The translations under genes were made by a program, and so were the position numbers. From the NCBI GenBank assembly GCA_030445695.1, contig JASUTF010000001.1:882-64881 (forward strand): a stretch of 64,000 nt of DNA, read 5' to 3'. The notes under the pieces were generated by a model. That model made no database searches, had not been told where the DNA came from, and was given only the letters and a program-made list of their open reading frames with translations. Below are positions 28,612 to 37,894 of the stretch, piece by piece; the first letter of the stretch is position 1, and each line of letters begins with the position of its first letter. This DNA comes from Candidatus Iainarchaeum sp. (GTDB lineage: Archaea; Iainarchaeota; Iainarchaeia; JAADDC01).

Positions 28612-29145
28612 ATGAGGAGCCCAAAGAACTTTTATCTTGTCAGATGGGCAAAGCCGGAAGATTATAAACAACTCCTTGACCTTTCTGCCACAGAGGCATC
28701 TATCATATACGGCACGGACCGGCAGATGGCCTTGGAGGAGTATCTCCGAATCTACGGGCCGGAGCCATACATGACACGCGAGGGAATCAAGAAGAGCATA
28801 TCAGATTACAGAAAGCACCGCGCGAAGGACTATATCATCGTCGTGGAGAAGTATCCGGAGAGGCGGATAGTTGGCTTCGTCCACGCACGTGTCTACCGCA
28901 ATACTGCATATCTGAACGACATCGTCATCGATCTCAGCGAGTCCAAGCGAGGCCTCGGCTCGTTACTTGTTCATGCTCTTGAGGACGCCATCGCAGAGAC
29001 GCATCCGGAAGTCCGAAAGATCGTGACGGATGCACACCCGGGTTCCCGCAAGTTCTTCGAACGCTACGGCTACGAAGTGGTGGACGAGGAGGTCGGACGC
29101 GACGGCATCATCTGGTATAGAATGGAGAAGAAGATAGGGGATTGA
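28612..29145 (+). CDS. GNAT family acetyltransferase
   Basis: IVGF, KRGLGSLL and FFERYGYE. Confidence 0.8.
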   Translation: MRSPKNFYLVRWAKPEDYKQLLDLSATEASIIYGTDRQMALEEYLRIYGPEPYMTREGIKKSISDYRKHRAKDYIIVVEKYPERRIVGFVHARVYRNTAYLNDIVIDLSESKRGLGSLLVHALEDAIAETHPEVRKIVTDAHPGSRKFFERYGYEVVDEEVGRDGIIWYRMEKKIGD

Positions 29146-29150
29146 AGGGA

Positions 29151-29558
29151 TTACCCCTTCACGCGGGCGATCTTCCTGTACTCGCCCGCTTCCATGATCT
29201 CCACTTCCACGCCGGGTTCGAGCTTGGACGCGATGTCCTCCTCTTCCGGTATGGGGAGCTCATACGTTTCATACGATTCGAGGTCCATCACCTGCACCTG
29301 GTCCCCCATAACAGCAAGTACCTGTGCATACTTCCTCTTTATGATGGGAACCTCAACGTCCGCACCAGACGGCTTGAGCATCTGGCGCTTCTGCCCGTCA
29401 AACACCCCGATTGCAGTTATCCTCACCTTTGCAGAGCCGTGCTTGCCCGGGGACGAAACCTGAACGTCCGTAACCCTGCAGACGGCCCCATCGATGAGCA
29501 CCCACTGTCCGGGCTTGATTCTGCCCGCCTTCTCAAACTTTATCTCCATCTCGGCCAT
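29151..29558 (-). CDS. eif5a: Translation factor aIF5A
   Basis: Hypusine loop SSPGKHGSAK. Confidence 0.96.
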   Translation of the reverse strand: MAEMEIKFEKAGRIKPGQWVLIDGAVCRVTDVQVSSPGKHGSAKVRITAIGVFDGQKRQMLKPSGADVEVPIIKRKYAQVLAVMGDQVQVMDLESYETYELPIPEEEDIASKLEPGVEVEIMEAGEYRKIARVKG

Positions 29559-29599
29559 GACAGTCCCTCCTTTTTAAACATCGTTTTCCCTTTCCTATT

Positions 29600-30103
29600 A
29601 TGAATCTTCCTGCGGGAGAGGTCGTAACCGACGCCGCCCCCGTCGAGCCAAAGGCCTTCTCAGACCTACTACAAGATCTGGGCAAACGATCTTTTAACGG
29701 TTATGTTGCTTGGCTCGGAAGGGGCTACGACGGGCTTGAGGAGGGCGTTGTTCTCTTCTCCGAGGGCAAGATTGTCGCAGCGTCCTATGAGCACCTCAAA
29801 TACGATCATATTATCGACGGGAAGGACGCGTTGGAACCCGCGGCAAACGTGGTCATGTCCAAACATCCCGTTTATTCCGTTGTGTCTCTGACGGCCCCAA
29901 AAATAAACTTGGTCCTCGCTTTCAACGAGAGGGTGAAGCTCCCGAAGCCCATAGCACCGAAGGACTTCGTGGGGTTGATACCCAAGGCCTACTCCGATCA
30001 GTGGGTGAAGAGTGTAATAAAAACACTTTCACAGCAGGATATTGATAGAATACGCCTGCTCGCCAAGTATGGCCTCACAGGTGTGAAGGTGGGTGAAATA
30101 TGA
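29600..30103 (+). CDS. DUF2226-like protein
   Basis: MNLP.G...FNGYV...GLEEGVVLFSEGKIVAA.YE pattern. Confidence 0.6.
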   Translation: MNLPAGEVVTDAAPVEPKAFSDLLQDLGKRSFNGYVAWLGRGYDGLEEGVVLFSEGKIVAASYEHLKYDHIIDGKDALEPAANVVMSKHPVYSVVSLTAPKINLVLAFNERVKLPKPIAPKDFVGLIPKAYSDQWVKSVIKTLSQQDIDRIRLLAKYGLTGVKVGEI

Positions 30104-30522
30104 TCCAGCGACTGATATTCCGGCTACTGGGCCTCGAGGAGCGGCCGAACTACTCTGACGTCAAGTTCCTGTCCACTCCGAAAAAGGTGGAGCCGCCCAC
30201 GGACGCCGATGTCCAAAAACTTCTCGACTATCTGAGGAAGAAGCACATGGTGGACGCTATCTCTGTCTTCACGGACGAGGGCACACTCGTCGCTACAACG
30301 CTTCCGGAGGAGGACGCGGTTCACGAATACTCACTCTACGAGCAGCTTTCCCTCGAGCTGGACGATGTCTCCCACGTTTTCATACTCAAGGGCGACTGGA
30401 TCATCGCGTTCCACCGTGGAAACCACGTATACATCGTGCATGCCCCCGCCTACGTGAACATGGTGGAGCTATCTGCCATTGCACGCGACGTGGAGGCCAT
30501 GCTCTTCAGTATGGGTTGGTGA
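30100..30522 (+). CDS. Roadblock/profilin-like domain protein
   Basis: DAISVFTDEGTLVATT plus a beta-rich middle and C-terminal helix. Confidence 0.5.
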   Translation: MIQRLIFRLLGLEERPNYSDVKFLSTPKKVEPPTDADVQKLLDYLRKKHMVDAISVFTDEGTLVATTLPEEDAVHEYSLYEQLSLELDDVSHVFILKGDWIIAFHRGNHVYIVHAPAYVNMVELSAIARDVEAMLFSMGW

Positions 30523-30524
30523 AG

Positions 30525-31304
30525 ATGGGGAGAAGGATATCCATCGTTTCGGGGAAGGGCGGCGTCGGAAAGACCACAGTTGCCGCTAACCTTTCCGTTG
30601 CCCTTGCCAAGCTCGGCGAAAAGGTGCTCGTGGTCGATGCAGACGTGGCCATGGCGAACCTTGCCCTCCTCTTCGGGCTTCAGTCCGCGCCCATCACGTT
30701 CCAGGACGTTCTCCTCGGCGAGGCGGAGATCTACGACGCCATGTACGAAGGCCCCTACGGCCTTACCGTTGTTCCGTCAGGCCTTTCCCTTCAGGCATAC
30801 CGCCGCGTGAACCCCGACAAGATGAGCGAGGTCCTCCGCGGCATCGAGAACGAGTTCGACTACATCTTCCTGGACGCACCCGCGGGCATTGGGGATAACG
30901 CCATGGCAGCCATGGCGGCGACGAAGGAGGCCATCTTTGTCGTTACTCCGGACAAGGCATCCATTGCGGACGCCCTGAAGGCAAAGCTCACGGCCGAGCG
31001 CATAGGTGTCAAGCCCTACGCAGCGATACTTAACATGGTCCGCGGTTTTCCCGAGGAGCCCACGGAGGAGGACGTAAAGAACATTTTAGAGCTTGCAGTC
31101 CTCGGATCCGTTCCTGAGGACAAGGAGGTACGTCGTTCCCTCCTGTTGAAGAAGCCCTCTCCCGTGGTTGTGCGAAAGCCGGACAGCCCTGCCGCAAAGG
31201 CGTTCATGCAGATCGCCTCGCGCATATCCGGTATCCAGCCGAAGCAGGAAGAGAAGAAAGGCTTTTTAACGTTTATCAAGTCCTTATTCAAAAAGAAGAA
31301 GTAA
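30525..31304 (+). CDS. minD: MinD-family ATPase
   Basis: SGKGGVGKTT, DADVAMANL, DAPAG and C-terminal amphipathic membrane-targeting helix GFLTFIKSLF. Confidence 0.92.
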   Translation: MGRRISIVSGKGGVGKTTVAANLSVALAKLGEKVLVVDADVAMANLALLFGLQSAPITFQDVLLGEAEIYDAMYEGPYGLTVVPSGLSLQAYRRVNPDKMSEVLRGIENEFDYIFLDAPAGIGDNAMAAMAATKEAIFVVTPDKASIADALKAKLTAERIGVKPYAAILNMVRGFPEEPTEEDVKNILELAVLGSVPEDKEVRRSLLLKKPSPVVVRKPDSPAAKAFMQIASRISGIQPKQEEKKGFLTFIKSLFKKKK

Positions 31305-31317
31305 ATAGGTGGTTTTT

Positions 31318-31542
31318 ATGGTGAGCAGACCCTTTGATTTGTTGAACGACGCCCTTGGGAAGGAGGCACTCATAATACTCAAGGCCGGGAGATCCGTTCG
31401 CGGCGTTCTCCTGGCATTCGACGTTCACATGAACCTGGTTGTGGACGACGCCGAGCTCACGGAGCAGGACGGCACAGTGAAGAAGCTCGGCCGCATTCTC
31501 ATCCGCGGGGACACGGTGGTCATCGTCGCCCCGTCCCCGTGA
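31318..31542 (+). CDS. Sm-like archaeal protein (SmAP/Lsm)
   Basis: RPFDLL, FDVHMNLV and LIRGDTV. Confidence 0.92.
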   Translation: MVSRPFDLLNDALGKEALIILKAGRSVRGVLLAFDVHMNLVVDDAELTEQDGTVKKLGRILIRGDTVVIVAPSP

Positions 31543-31672
31543 TTTTCCCTTTATACATCTCTATTCCCTTTGAATCGCATTGGGGTCAGCCGGGAAGCAA
31601 AACTCATCACCATCAGCACACGTCGCTGTCATCATCCCCAAGTTTTTTAATGCTGGAAGCGTTTTTACAAAC

Positions 31673-32911
31673 ATGTATGTTACTGCCATATTCCTCATCG
31701 TCTCCGTCCTCATCTTCATCGGTTTCCTCTCCAACTACTTCTTTGACCGCACGAAGATTCCCGACTCCCTGATACTGATAGTCCTGGGCATACTGCTGGG
31801 ACCTGTGACTAACGCCCTCTTCCCCGGTAGTGTTATTGCCCAGATCTTCCGTCCCGACGTTTTTGAGGGTTTCGCAGGTCTGATGGCATCCCTCGCCATA
31901 ATGGTCATCATGTTCGAGACGGGACTGAACCTTGATATCAGGCGTGTTGTCACGGAGGCGCCCCGATCCTTCTTCTACGCCACCGCGCACTACTTTACCA
32001 CTGCAATTCTTTCCGGGGTCTTTGCCGCCCTCCTGTTCGGCTGGGACTGGCCCTTTGCGTTTATGATCGGTTTTCTGCTCGGGGGGACAAGCGCAGCCAT
32101 TGTCATCCCGCTGGGCAAGCGCATCGGCCTGAACAGTGAGGAGCAGACGATTCTGGAACTCGAGTCGACGATTACCAATGTTTACAACGTCATTCTCGTG
32201 GTGGCCGTTGCACAGTACGTTCTGACCGCGTCCACCGACTGGAGGTATCCAATACAGAGCATACTGGCTGCCTTTTCCATATCCATCGTCTTCGGCGCCC
32301 TGGTCGGATACTTCTGGCAGAAGGTGCTACGCCGCCTGCAGACGGCACCCTTCTCGTATATGCTTACCTTTGCCGTGCTTATGGCGTTCTACGCGATAAT
32401 GAATGAGTTCGGGGGTAACGGGCCGCTCTTCGCCCTCGTATTCGGGCTGACGTTAGCGAACGTCCACCTCATCTCCCCCCTGCGCATGGTGAACATGATC
32501 CAGCTCCACAGGGAGATATCCTTCTTTATCCGCGTCTTCTTCTTCGTTTTCCTGGGGGTGATATTCAAGTTCAGCACAGACCCGCTCCACTGGCTCTTCG
32601 TTGGCATCCTGTCCATCATCTCTCTGACAGCCCGTTACTTTGCGGCCCGGCTCATGAACATGCAGTCGTCCATTGAGATGGCCACGCTCATCCCCCGCGG
32701 TCTCGGAGAAGCGGTGCTTTCTGCTCTCCTCCTTCAGATGTTCGCAGGCACGGAGTACATGCCCGTTATCGCAGATATGGTCCAGATTGTATCTATCGCG
32801 ATCATCATGACCAACGTGTTCACCGCTGCCATGGTCTGGTACCTGCTACGCCTCAAAGGGAGCGCTCAGACAGAACCAGAAACGAGTTCTGCCCAGACGA
32901 CGAGTATGTAA
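31673..32911 (+). CDS. CPA1 (NhaP-like) cation:proton antiporter
   Basis: KIPD..ILI..GILLGP, FETGL, GTSAAIVIP, LES, FFFVFLG and PRGL. Confidence 0.85.
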   Translation: MYVTAIFLIVSVLIFIGFLSNYFFDRTKIPDSLILIVLGILLGPVTNALFPGSVIAQIFRPDVFEGFAGLMASLAIMVIMFETGLNLDIRRVVTEAPRSFFYATAHYFTTAILSGVFAALLFGWDWPFAFMIGFLLGGTSAAIVIPLGKRIGLNSEEQTILELESTITNVYNVILVVAVAQYVLTASTDWRYPIQSILAAFSISIVFGALVGYFWQKVLRRLQTAPFSYMLTFAVLMAFYAIMNEFGGNGPLFALVFGLTLANVHLISPLRMVNMIQLHREISFFIRVFFFVFLGVIFKFSTDPLHWLFVGILSIISLTARYFAARLMNMQSSIEMATLIPRGLGEAVLSALLLQMFAGTEYMPVIADMVQIVSIAIIMTNVFTAAMVWYLLRLKGSAQTEPETSSAQTTSM

Positions 32912-33804
32912 AGTATTATCAGCGACAGCGCCTCCCACTTCGTTATCACTTCCTCCCTTGACAGTTTCAGCCCTACCAGTGATGCACCGAGCATCATTGC
33001 TGCAACTATTCCTGTGGTTCCGTTGAACACGATCGTGTGTCCTGATAAGGCACCCACCAACGCGGCGGTGCCCAGAACAAGCGTAAGGTCTGCCACGGCG
33101 CTCCCCAGAATGTCGCCTATCGCTATTCCCGTTTCCCTTGCCCTTACCGCCGCTATTTCCACGCTGAGCTCCGGCATGTTCGTCCCCAGTGCCACGATGA
33201 AGAACGCTATGAAGAACTCGGGGATGCCCATTGCTCTCGCAATCCCCTCGCTCCCCCTGACCACGAGTTCTGCCCCTGCAAACACCACTGCCGTGCTTAT
33301 AACGAGCAGTAGGGTCGCCATCCATACTTTACGTCCTCCCGCTCTCCTCTTAAGCGATGAGATCCTCCCTTCCCGGACGAGGTGCATGTAGCCGACGTAT
33401 AACAGCACAAGGAGTAGACCCAGAACTGCGGGGATCTTCCTGAACAGGACAAGGAGTATGGTCACCCATGAGGTGATGATGGCTGCCCAGAGCATCTCCC
33501 TTCTTCTCTCCTTTCCGAACCTGACCGTGGTCATAAGCCCGAGAACCCCGAACGACAGGAGGAAAAGCCCGATTACCGACCCCACAGCGGTACCTGTGGC
33601 TATCTCCGGCCGGCCGTCCATAACTGCCATAACAGCCACGGCTAGTTCCGGCAGGCTTGTGAGCGTGGCTACGATGGTGGCGCCCACGCCGTAGCGGTCA
33701 ATACCCGTGGCGTTTGCTATGTCCACGGCGGCGGATATGGCCTTCCTTGCACCCCACACGAGAAGTGCTATGCCCGCTACGAGGATCACTGCGTCCAGCA
33801 GCAT
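32866..33804 (-). CDS. Ca2+/Na+ antiporter (CaCA/YrbG-like)
   Basis: Alpha repeats TSLPEL and GTNMPEL, plus GDILGS. Confidence 0.88.
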   Translation of the reverse strand: MLLDAVILVAGIALLVWGARKAISAAVDIANATGIDRYGVGATIVATLTSLPELAVAVMAVMDGRPEIATGTAVGSVIGLFLLSFGVLGLMTTVRFGKERRREMLWAAIITSWVTILLVLFRKIPAVLGLLLVLLYVGYMHLVREGRISSLKRRAGGRKVWMATLLLVISTAVVFAGAELVVRGSEGIARAMGIPEFFIAFFIVALGTNMPELSVEIAAVRARETGIAIGDILGSAVADLTLVLGTAALVGALSGHTIVFNGTTGIVAAMMLGASLVGLKLSREEVITKWEALSLIILYILVVWAELVSGSV

Positions 33805-33825
33805 GCTTTCACCCTGTGTTTTGAA

Positions 33826-33910
33826 TGCGGGGGGCGGGAGTCGAACCCGCGCAGGGCCTACGCCCATCGGATCTTAAGTCCGACGCCTTCGACCGCTCGG
33901 CCACCCCCGC
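33826..33910 (-). tRNA. tRNA-Leu(UAA)
   Basis: Acceptor GCGGGGG/CCCCCGC, anticodon arm TCGGA-CTTAAGA-TCCGA, long variable arm, T-loop TTCGACT. Confidence 0.95.
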
Positions 33911-33952
33911 ACCGGCCGAGCAAAGAAATAGGGAGAAAGGGTATTAAACCTA

Positions 33953-34867
33953 TTACTGGAGGGTCTTTTCCAGCGGTGGGACGATCTGCTTCTTTCTGGA
34001 CATCACGCCGGGTAACCAAATGGCGTTCTCCTCTACCTTTTTGCCGAAAGCACGCTCTATGGGGGAGACGTCGTCCGCCACCACGAGCAGGGTCGTGCCC
34101 TCCTTCATGATGTCCGTGACCATTGTGAGCACCGCGAAGAGGCCCTGCTCCTCCTTGACCTTCCGCATCTCCTCCAGTATCTCCTCCTTCCTCGCAAGAA
34201 CGTCGGAGTCGTCTATGACCTCCACCTGGTTGATGAGGAACTTCTTGTCGGCGAAGTCGTAGACCTTGTAGTCGTTCAGCACGATCTCCCTGGCGCTCTT
34301 CTCCCTGATCTTGCTCTTTGCCTTGAAGAGCTCGATACCCCACGCCTTCAGGTCGTCGATTCCCGCGATCCTTGCAAGCTTCTCTGCCATTTCCCTGTCA
34401 ACGTCTGTCGTGGTGGGCGACTTGAAGATAACTGTGTCGGAGAGGATGGCGCTCAGGAGGCAGCCCGCAATGTCCCTTGGAATCTCTATACCCTCTATCT
34501 CGAATAGTTTCGCCACGATCGTCGATGAGGATCCCCAGGGCAGTGCAATGTAGGTGATGGGCTTGTCGTAGGAGAACTTTATCTTATGGTGGTCAATAAC
34601 GCCGACGATGTTCGCTTCCTCTATGCCGTCCGCACTCTGCTCAAACTCGTTGTGGTCCATGAGCCAGACGTCCTTGCCTGCGGCACTCTCCAACATTTCG
34701 GGTACTTCCACGCCAAAACGCTCCAGCACGAGCTTTGTCTCGGCGTTGATCTCCCCAAGCCGGAACGCCTTTGCCTCCTTACCCTTCTGGCGTAGGAGGT
34801 ATGCGTAGCCGATTGCAGAGCATATGGCGTCCGTGTCCGGGTTCCTGTGGCCGAATACGTGTATCAT
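33953..34867 (-). CDS. ppaC: Mn-dependent (family II) inorganic pyrophosphatase
   Basis: GHRNPDTDA, DHN, IDHH, ILSDT and SRKKQ. Confidence 0.94.
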   Translation of the reverse strand: MIHVFGHRNPDTDAICSAIGYAYLLRQKGKEAKAFRLGEINAETKLVLERFGVEVPEMLESAAGKDVWLMDHNEFEQSADGIEEANIVGVIDHHKIKFSYDKPITYIALPWGSSSTIVAKLFEIEGIEIPRDIAGCLLSAILSDTVIFKSPTTTDVDREMAEKLARIAGIDDLKAWGIELFKAKSKIREKSAREIVLNDYKVYDFADKKFLINQVEVIDDSDVLARKEEILEEMRKVKEEQGLFAVLTMVTDIMKEGTTLLVVADDVSPIERAFGKKVEENAIWLPGVMSRKKQIVPPLEKTLQ

Positions 34868-34916
34868 TTGCATCACCCTACTAAGATCGGGGTGAGGTGT
34901 TTTAATCGGATTCAGG

Positions 34917-36761
34917 TTGGAACAGGAAGGGTTATATACCTTGAAGTATTTATTTTGTTTGATAAAAACGAAATGCATTATCGAGCGCCTCCGGTCTGGC
35001 GGCTCCGCTATCTCTGTCGTTCTCCTCATCCTCATGGCCTTCTCCCTGTCCCTCTTCTTCTGGATCTGGGCAAACTCTTTGGTATCGACCACTTCATCCT
35101 CCACGACCTTTGAGAGGCCCTATTCAATATCTCTTGTTGCCCCCTCCTATGCATACAACCCGTCTGCCGGCACGCTCAACGTGTGCGTTCTCGTTCACAA
35201 CATAGACACGAGGGAGATAAACCTTGCGGGCACCACGTTGTCCCTTGAGTCCTCGCGGGGCGTTGAGTCCTACGGTTATTCCAGTTCCGGTGCTGTGGTT
35301 TCCCCCGGTGATGCGGAGAGCGTCTGCTTCTCCGGGGGCAATCCGCCGCCCGGTTACTACACCCTTTCCGTCCATACACCTGACGGAAGTACCTTCTCCA
35401 CGGATGTGCGTATCGGCTCATACTGCTCCACCGATGCGAACTGCCCCGACGTTGTGGATATCTCCGGTGACACCATATACTCCAAGGACATGTTCTGCAA
35501 CGGCGGCTACTGCGATGTAAACACCTCTGAGACGTATGTGTGTTCCGAGGCCAACGCGTCCACCTGTGACTCGGTAGTGGTGGACGGCAACACGTATTAC
35601 TGCGAGGTTCACGGCGACGGCTACGAGTGGACTCCCGCTCTCATCGAGTTCACGGACGATCTGAACGATAACGACTGCGACGGTGTTGTCGAGCGGGAGT
35701 GCAGCTCCTGCCAGTCGTGCACGTATGAGATGAACGTGGTTGCCATGAGCATTGTCTCTAGCGGCCAAGACGCCGTGGTTCGCCTGATGTCGGACATAAA
35801 CGCGACGGATTCGGATCTCGTTTCCACTAATTACTACTGGGGGGCGTCTCGTGCTTGTGTTGCGGTGGAATACGGTGCGGACACTGCATCAAACACCATC
35901 ACGTTCGACGGCGGGGACCACACCGTTGACGTGTCCGGCGGTTCCGGGATTCAGGCATACATGACTTCCGTGCCCATCACGGTTCGCAACGTTGTGGTGC
36001 TGTCTAACGGCTATGGTCTGGTTGCCGACTCCTCGTCGCGCACGGTAACGTTTCAGGACGTGAATGTGACATCACCAGATCTTGGTATTCTTGTGAACAG
36101 CTACTGTACCGTCCGAAGGGCCAACGTACGGTGTTTGAGCGATCCATGGGCCACGGGGATCTGGATAGTTGGTGTTGGCGGCTCAATGCAGGTCTACGAC
36201 ACGAACGTATCCGGCGACTGCTACAAAGGGATAGACGGCATGTTTACCAACAATATCACTCTTTCCAACGTCCGCACAAACATTGCCCTTACTGGCTACG
36301 ACTACGCCATCTCTCCACTTTATCACCACTTCTCTAACGTCTACTGCAGCAACGGGAAGGAGATCAACTACGCTACATACCTTTCCGATGTAAACATATA
36401 CGTTGACGGAAACAAATACTGTGGGTATATTGCCAACCGGGCAGGAATTGATGTGACGATCAGGATCTTTTTGAACGGCCAGACCGTTTCTCGCTTCCTT
36501 ATCGGGAGCGACGGAGGAAACATCATCGTTTACGGCCCGGGAACGATAACGGACGCATACACGGGGCTGTACGCGGAACGCTATGCTGACAGCTTCGTGG
36601 TGGACCTTTCCATGGGCGACGTGAACGTGTGCGGCAACCTGACTGACCTGTACGCGTCGACGCGGATCACATGTGCGAACTGCGGCAACGGATACTATCT
36701 ACGCTACGACACGAGCTCGGGGACCATTAACTGCGACGCCAACTGTCTTGCCCCGTGTTAG
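34917..36761 (+). CDS. Large Cys-rich surface protein with pilin-like N-terminus and beta-helix (start uncertain)
   Basis: Class III signal-like segment SAISVVLLILMAF..FWIW, Ig-like segment, DNDCDG motif, CSSCQSC, parallel beta-helix-like repeats and many NxS/T sequons. Confidence 0.7.
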   Translation: MEQEGLYTLKYLFCLIKTKCIIERLRSGGSAISVVLLILMAFSLSLFFWIWANSLVSTTSSSTTFERPYSISLVAPSYAYNPSAGTLNVCVLVHNIDTREINLAGTTLSLESSRGVESYGYSSSGAVVSPGDAESVCFSGGNPPPGYYTLSVHTPDGSTFSTDVRIGSYCSTDANCPDVVDISGDTIYSKDMFCNGGYCDVNTSETYVCSEANASTCDSVVVDGNTYYCEVHGDGYEWTPALIEFTDDLNDNDCDGVVERECSSCQSCTYEMNVVAMSIVSSGQDAVVRLMSDINATDSDLVSTNYYWGASRACVAVEYGADTASNTITFDGGDHTVDVSGGSGIQAYMTSVPITVRNVVVLSNGYGLVADSSSRTVTFQDVNVTSPDLGILVNSYCTVRRANVRCLSDPWATGIWIVGVGGSMQVYDTNVSGDCYKGIDGMFTNNITLSNVRTNIALTGYDYAISPLYHHFSNVYCSNGKEINYATYLSDVNIYVDGNKYCGYIANRAGIDVTIRIFLNGQTVSRFLIGSDGGNIIVYGPGTITDAYTGLYAERYADSFVVDLSMGDVNVCGNLTDLYASTRITCANCGNGYYLRYDTSSGTINCDANCLAPC

Positions 36762-37153
36762 TCCCTGAACAGCCGGTAATACACGAAACCCATGGCGACG
36801 ATGAGAGCGGCCATTGCCAGCATCTCCGTCCATCCCGCCCCCTTCATTTCCAGAAGGATTGTCTGACGCAGGACGGCTATGAACGCTGCCTCCATTATGG
36901 AGTGTAGATACATCTCCTGGTTCTCCACGTATGTGAAGAGCGTCTTAGCGATTTCCAGCAGGATTATGACGAGAAGCACGTCAGATATGAGCGTTTCGAA
37001 CAATTTCTCATCTCCAGACGCCAACCCTTTGTAGACGTGTGCCGCAGAAATTATCAGGGCTATGGCTGACGCTAAAAGCAGAAACACACCCGTCGCCAGT
37101 TTCATTACTTTTACTGCTCGCTCCCACCCGCTCTTTCGCGCCATTTCTCTCAC
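36758..37153 (-). CDS. PsiE-like membrane protein
   Basis: LLVIILLEI..T...Y and FIAVLRQ.I. Confidence 0.75.
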   Translation of the reverse strand: MREMARKSGWERAVKVMKLATGVFLLLASAIALIISAAHVYKGLASGDEKLFETLISDVLLVIILLEIAKTLFTYVENQEMYLHSIMEAAFIAVLRQTILLEMKGAGWTEMLAMAALIVAMGFVYYRLFRD

Positions 37154-37160
37154 CAGAAAG

Positions 37161-37228
37161 AGTATGTTGGGGGCGCAGCCGGCCGGTCGTGGGGGTGCAG
37201 CCAGCCGCTGCCCGATCTCAGCCCAGTA
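37161..37228. repeat. Degenerate repeats of the tRNA-Phe 3' end in a GC-rich trailer
   Basis: gggggcgcagccggccg (37169-37185) and gggggtgcagccagccg (37191-37207); agtatg(tt)gggggcg recurs at the tRNA end. Confidence 0.55.
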
Positions 37229-37302
37229 TGGGGGCGGTGGGATTTGAACCCACGACGCACCGGTCTTCAGCCGGACGCTCTCCCAGGCTGAGCTACGCCC
37301 CC
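37229..37302 (-). tRNA. tRNA-Phe(GAA)
   Basis: Acceptor GGGGGCG/CGCCCCC, anticodon loop CTGAAGA, T-loop TTCAAAT. Confidence 0.92.
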
Positions 37303-37383
37303 GTTATTGATCCGCGGGGTTCTGTTTAAAAAACATCTTTTTGTCAGGGATATGAGAATGAATTGGGTTTTCAGACACATGTT

Positions 37384-37806
37384 CTAATACCTGTTTTGTT
37401 TTAGCTGCCGCGGCACTTTCCTCAGAATATCTTTATTTTTCTTGGTCGCTTTTTCTATTTCTCTTTCATACAACAACATGCGAGGGTCTTTTCCTATTCT
37501 TTTTTCTATCTCCATAAGCATCATTTCCTGAAGTTCTCTGATAATCTCTGGTGTTAGTTCAGGACGTTGAGACCGTTGGCGTTCCAGCAAGCGCTTCTTG
37601 AACCTTGAAAACATGCTTTCTTTCGTTCTCGGAAGGTCTTGCTCCAGTTCGCGCATTATTTCACCGTAATTCATTCCAAGGGATTTCAGTTGTCTTTGGA
37701 CATCTTTTTCTATGAACTCTTTGTCGTACTTTCTCATTAGATTAATTATACGTTTCTCACTGACTTGCCGTCTTGGTCTGCGTGGGCGCGGCGCCTCTTC
37801 ATGCAT
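37384..37806 (-). CDS. Hypothetical charged helical protein, AT-rich
   Basis: 140-aa ORF with visibly lower GC than the flanks. Confidence 0.6.
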   Translation of the reverse strand: MHEEAPRPRRPRRQVSEKRIINLMRKYDKEFIEKDVQRQLKSLGMNYGEIMRELEQDLPRTKESMFSRFKKRLLERQRSQRPELTPEIIRELQEMMLMEIEKRIGKDPRMLLYEREIEKATKKNKDILRKVPRQLKQNRY

Positions 37807-37894
37807 GTGCCAATATTCTTTTCCTCATTTATAATCATTTCACTGTTCGCTGATGGCGACTTCTCCTTAAAAACACCGTGATTCCTATCCAATC

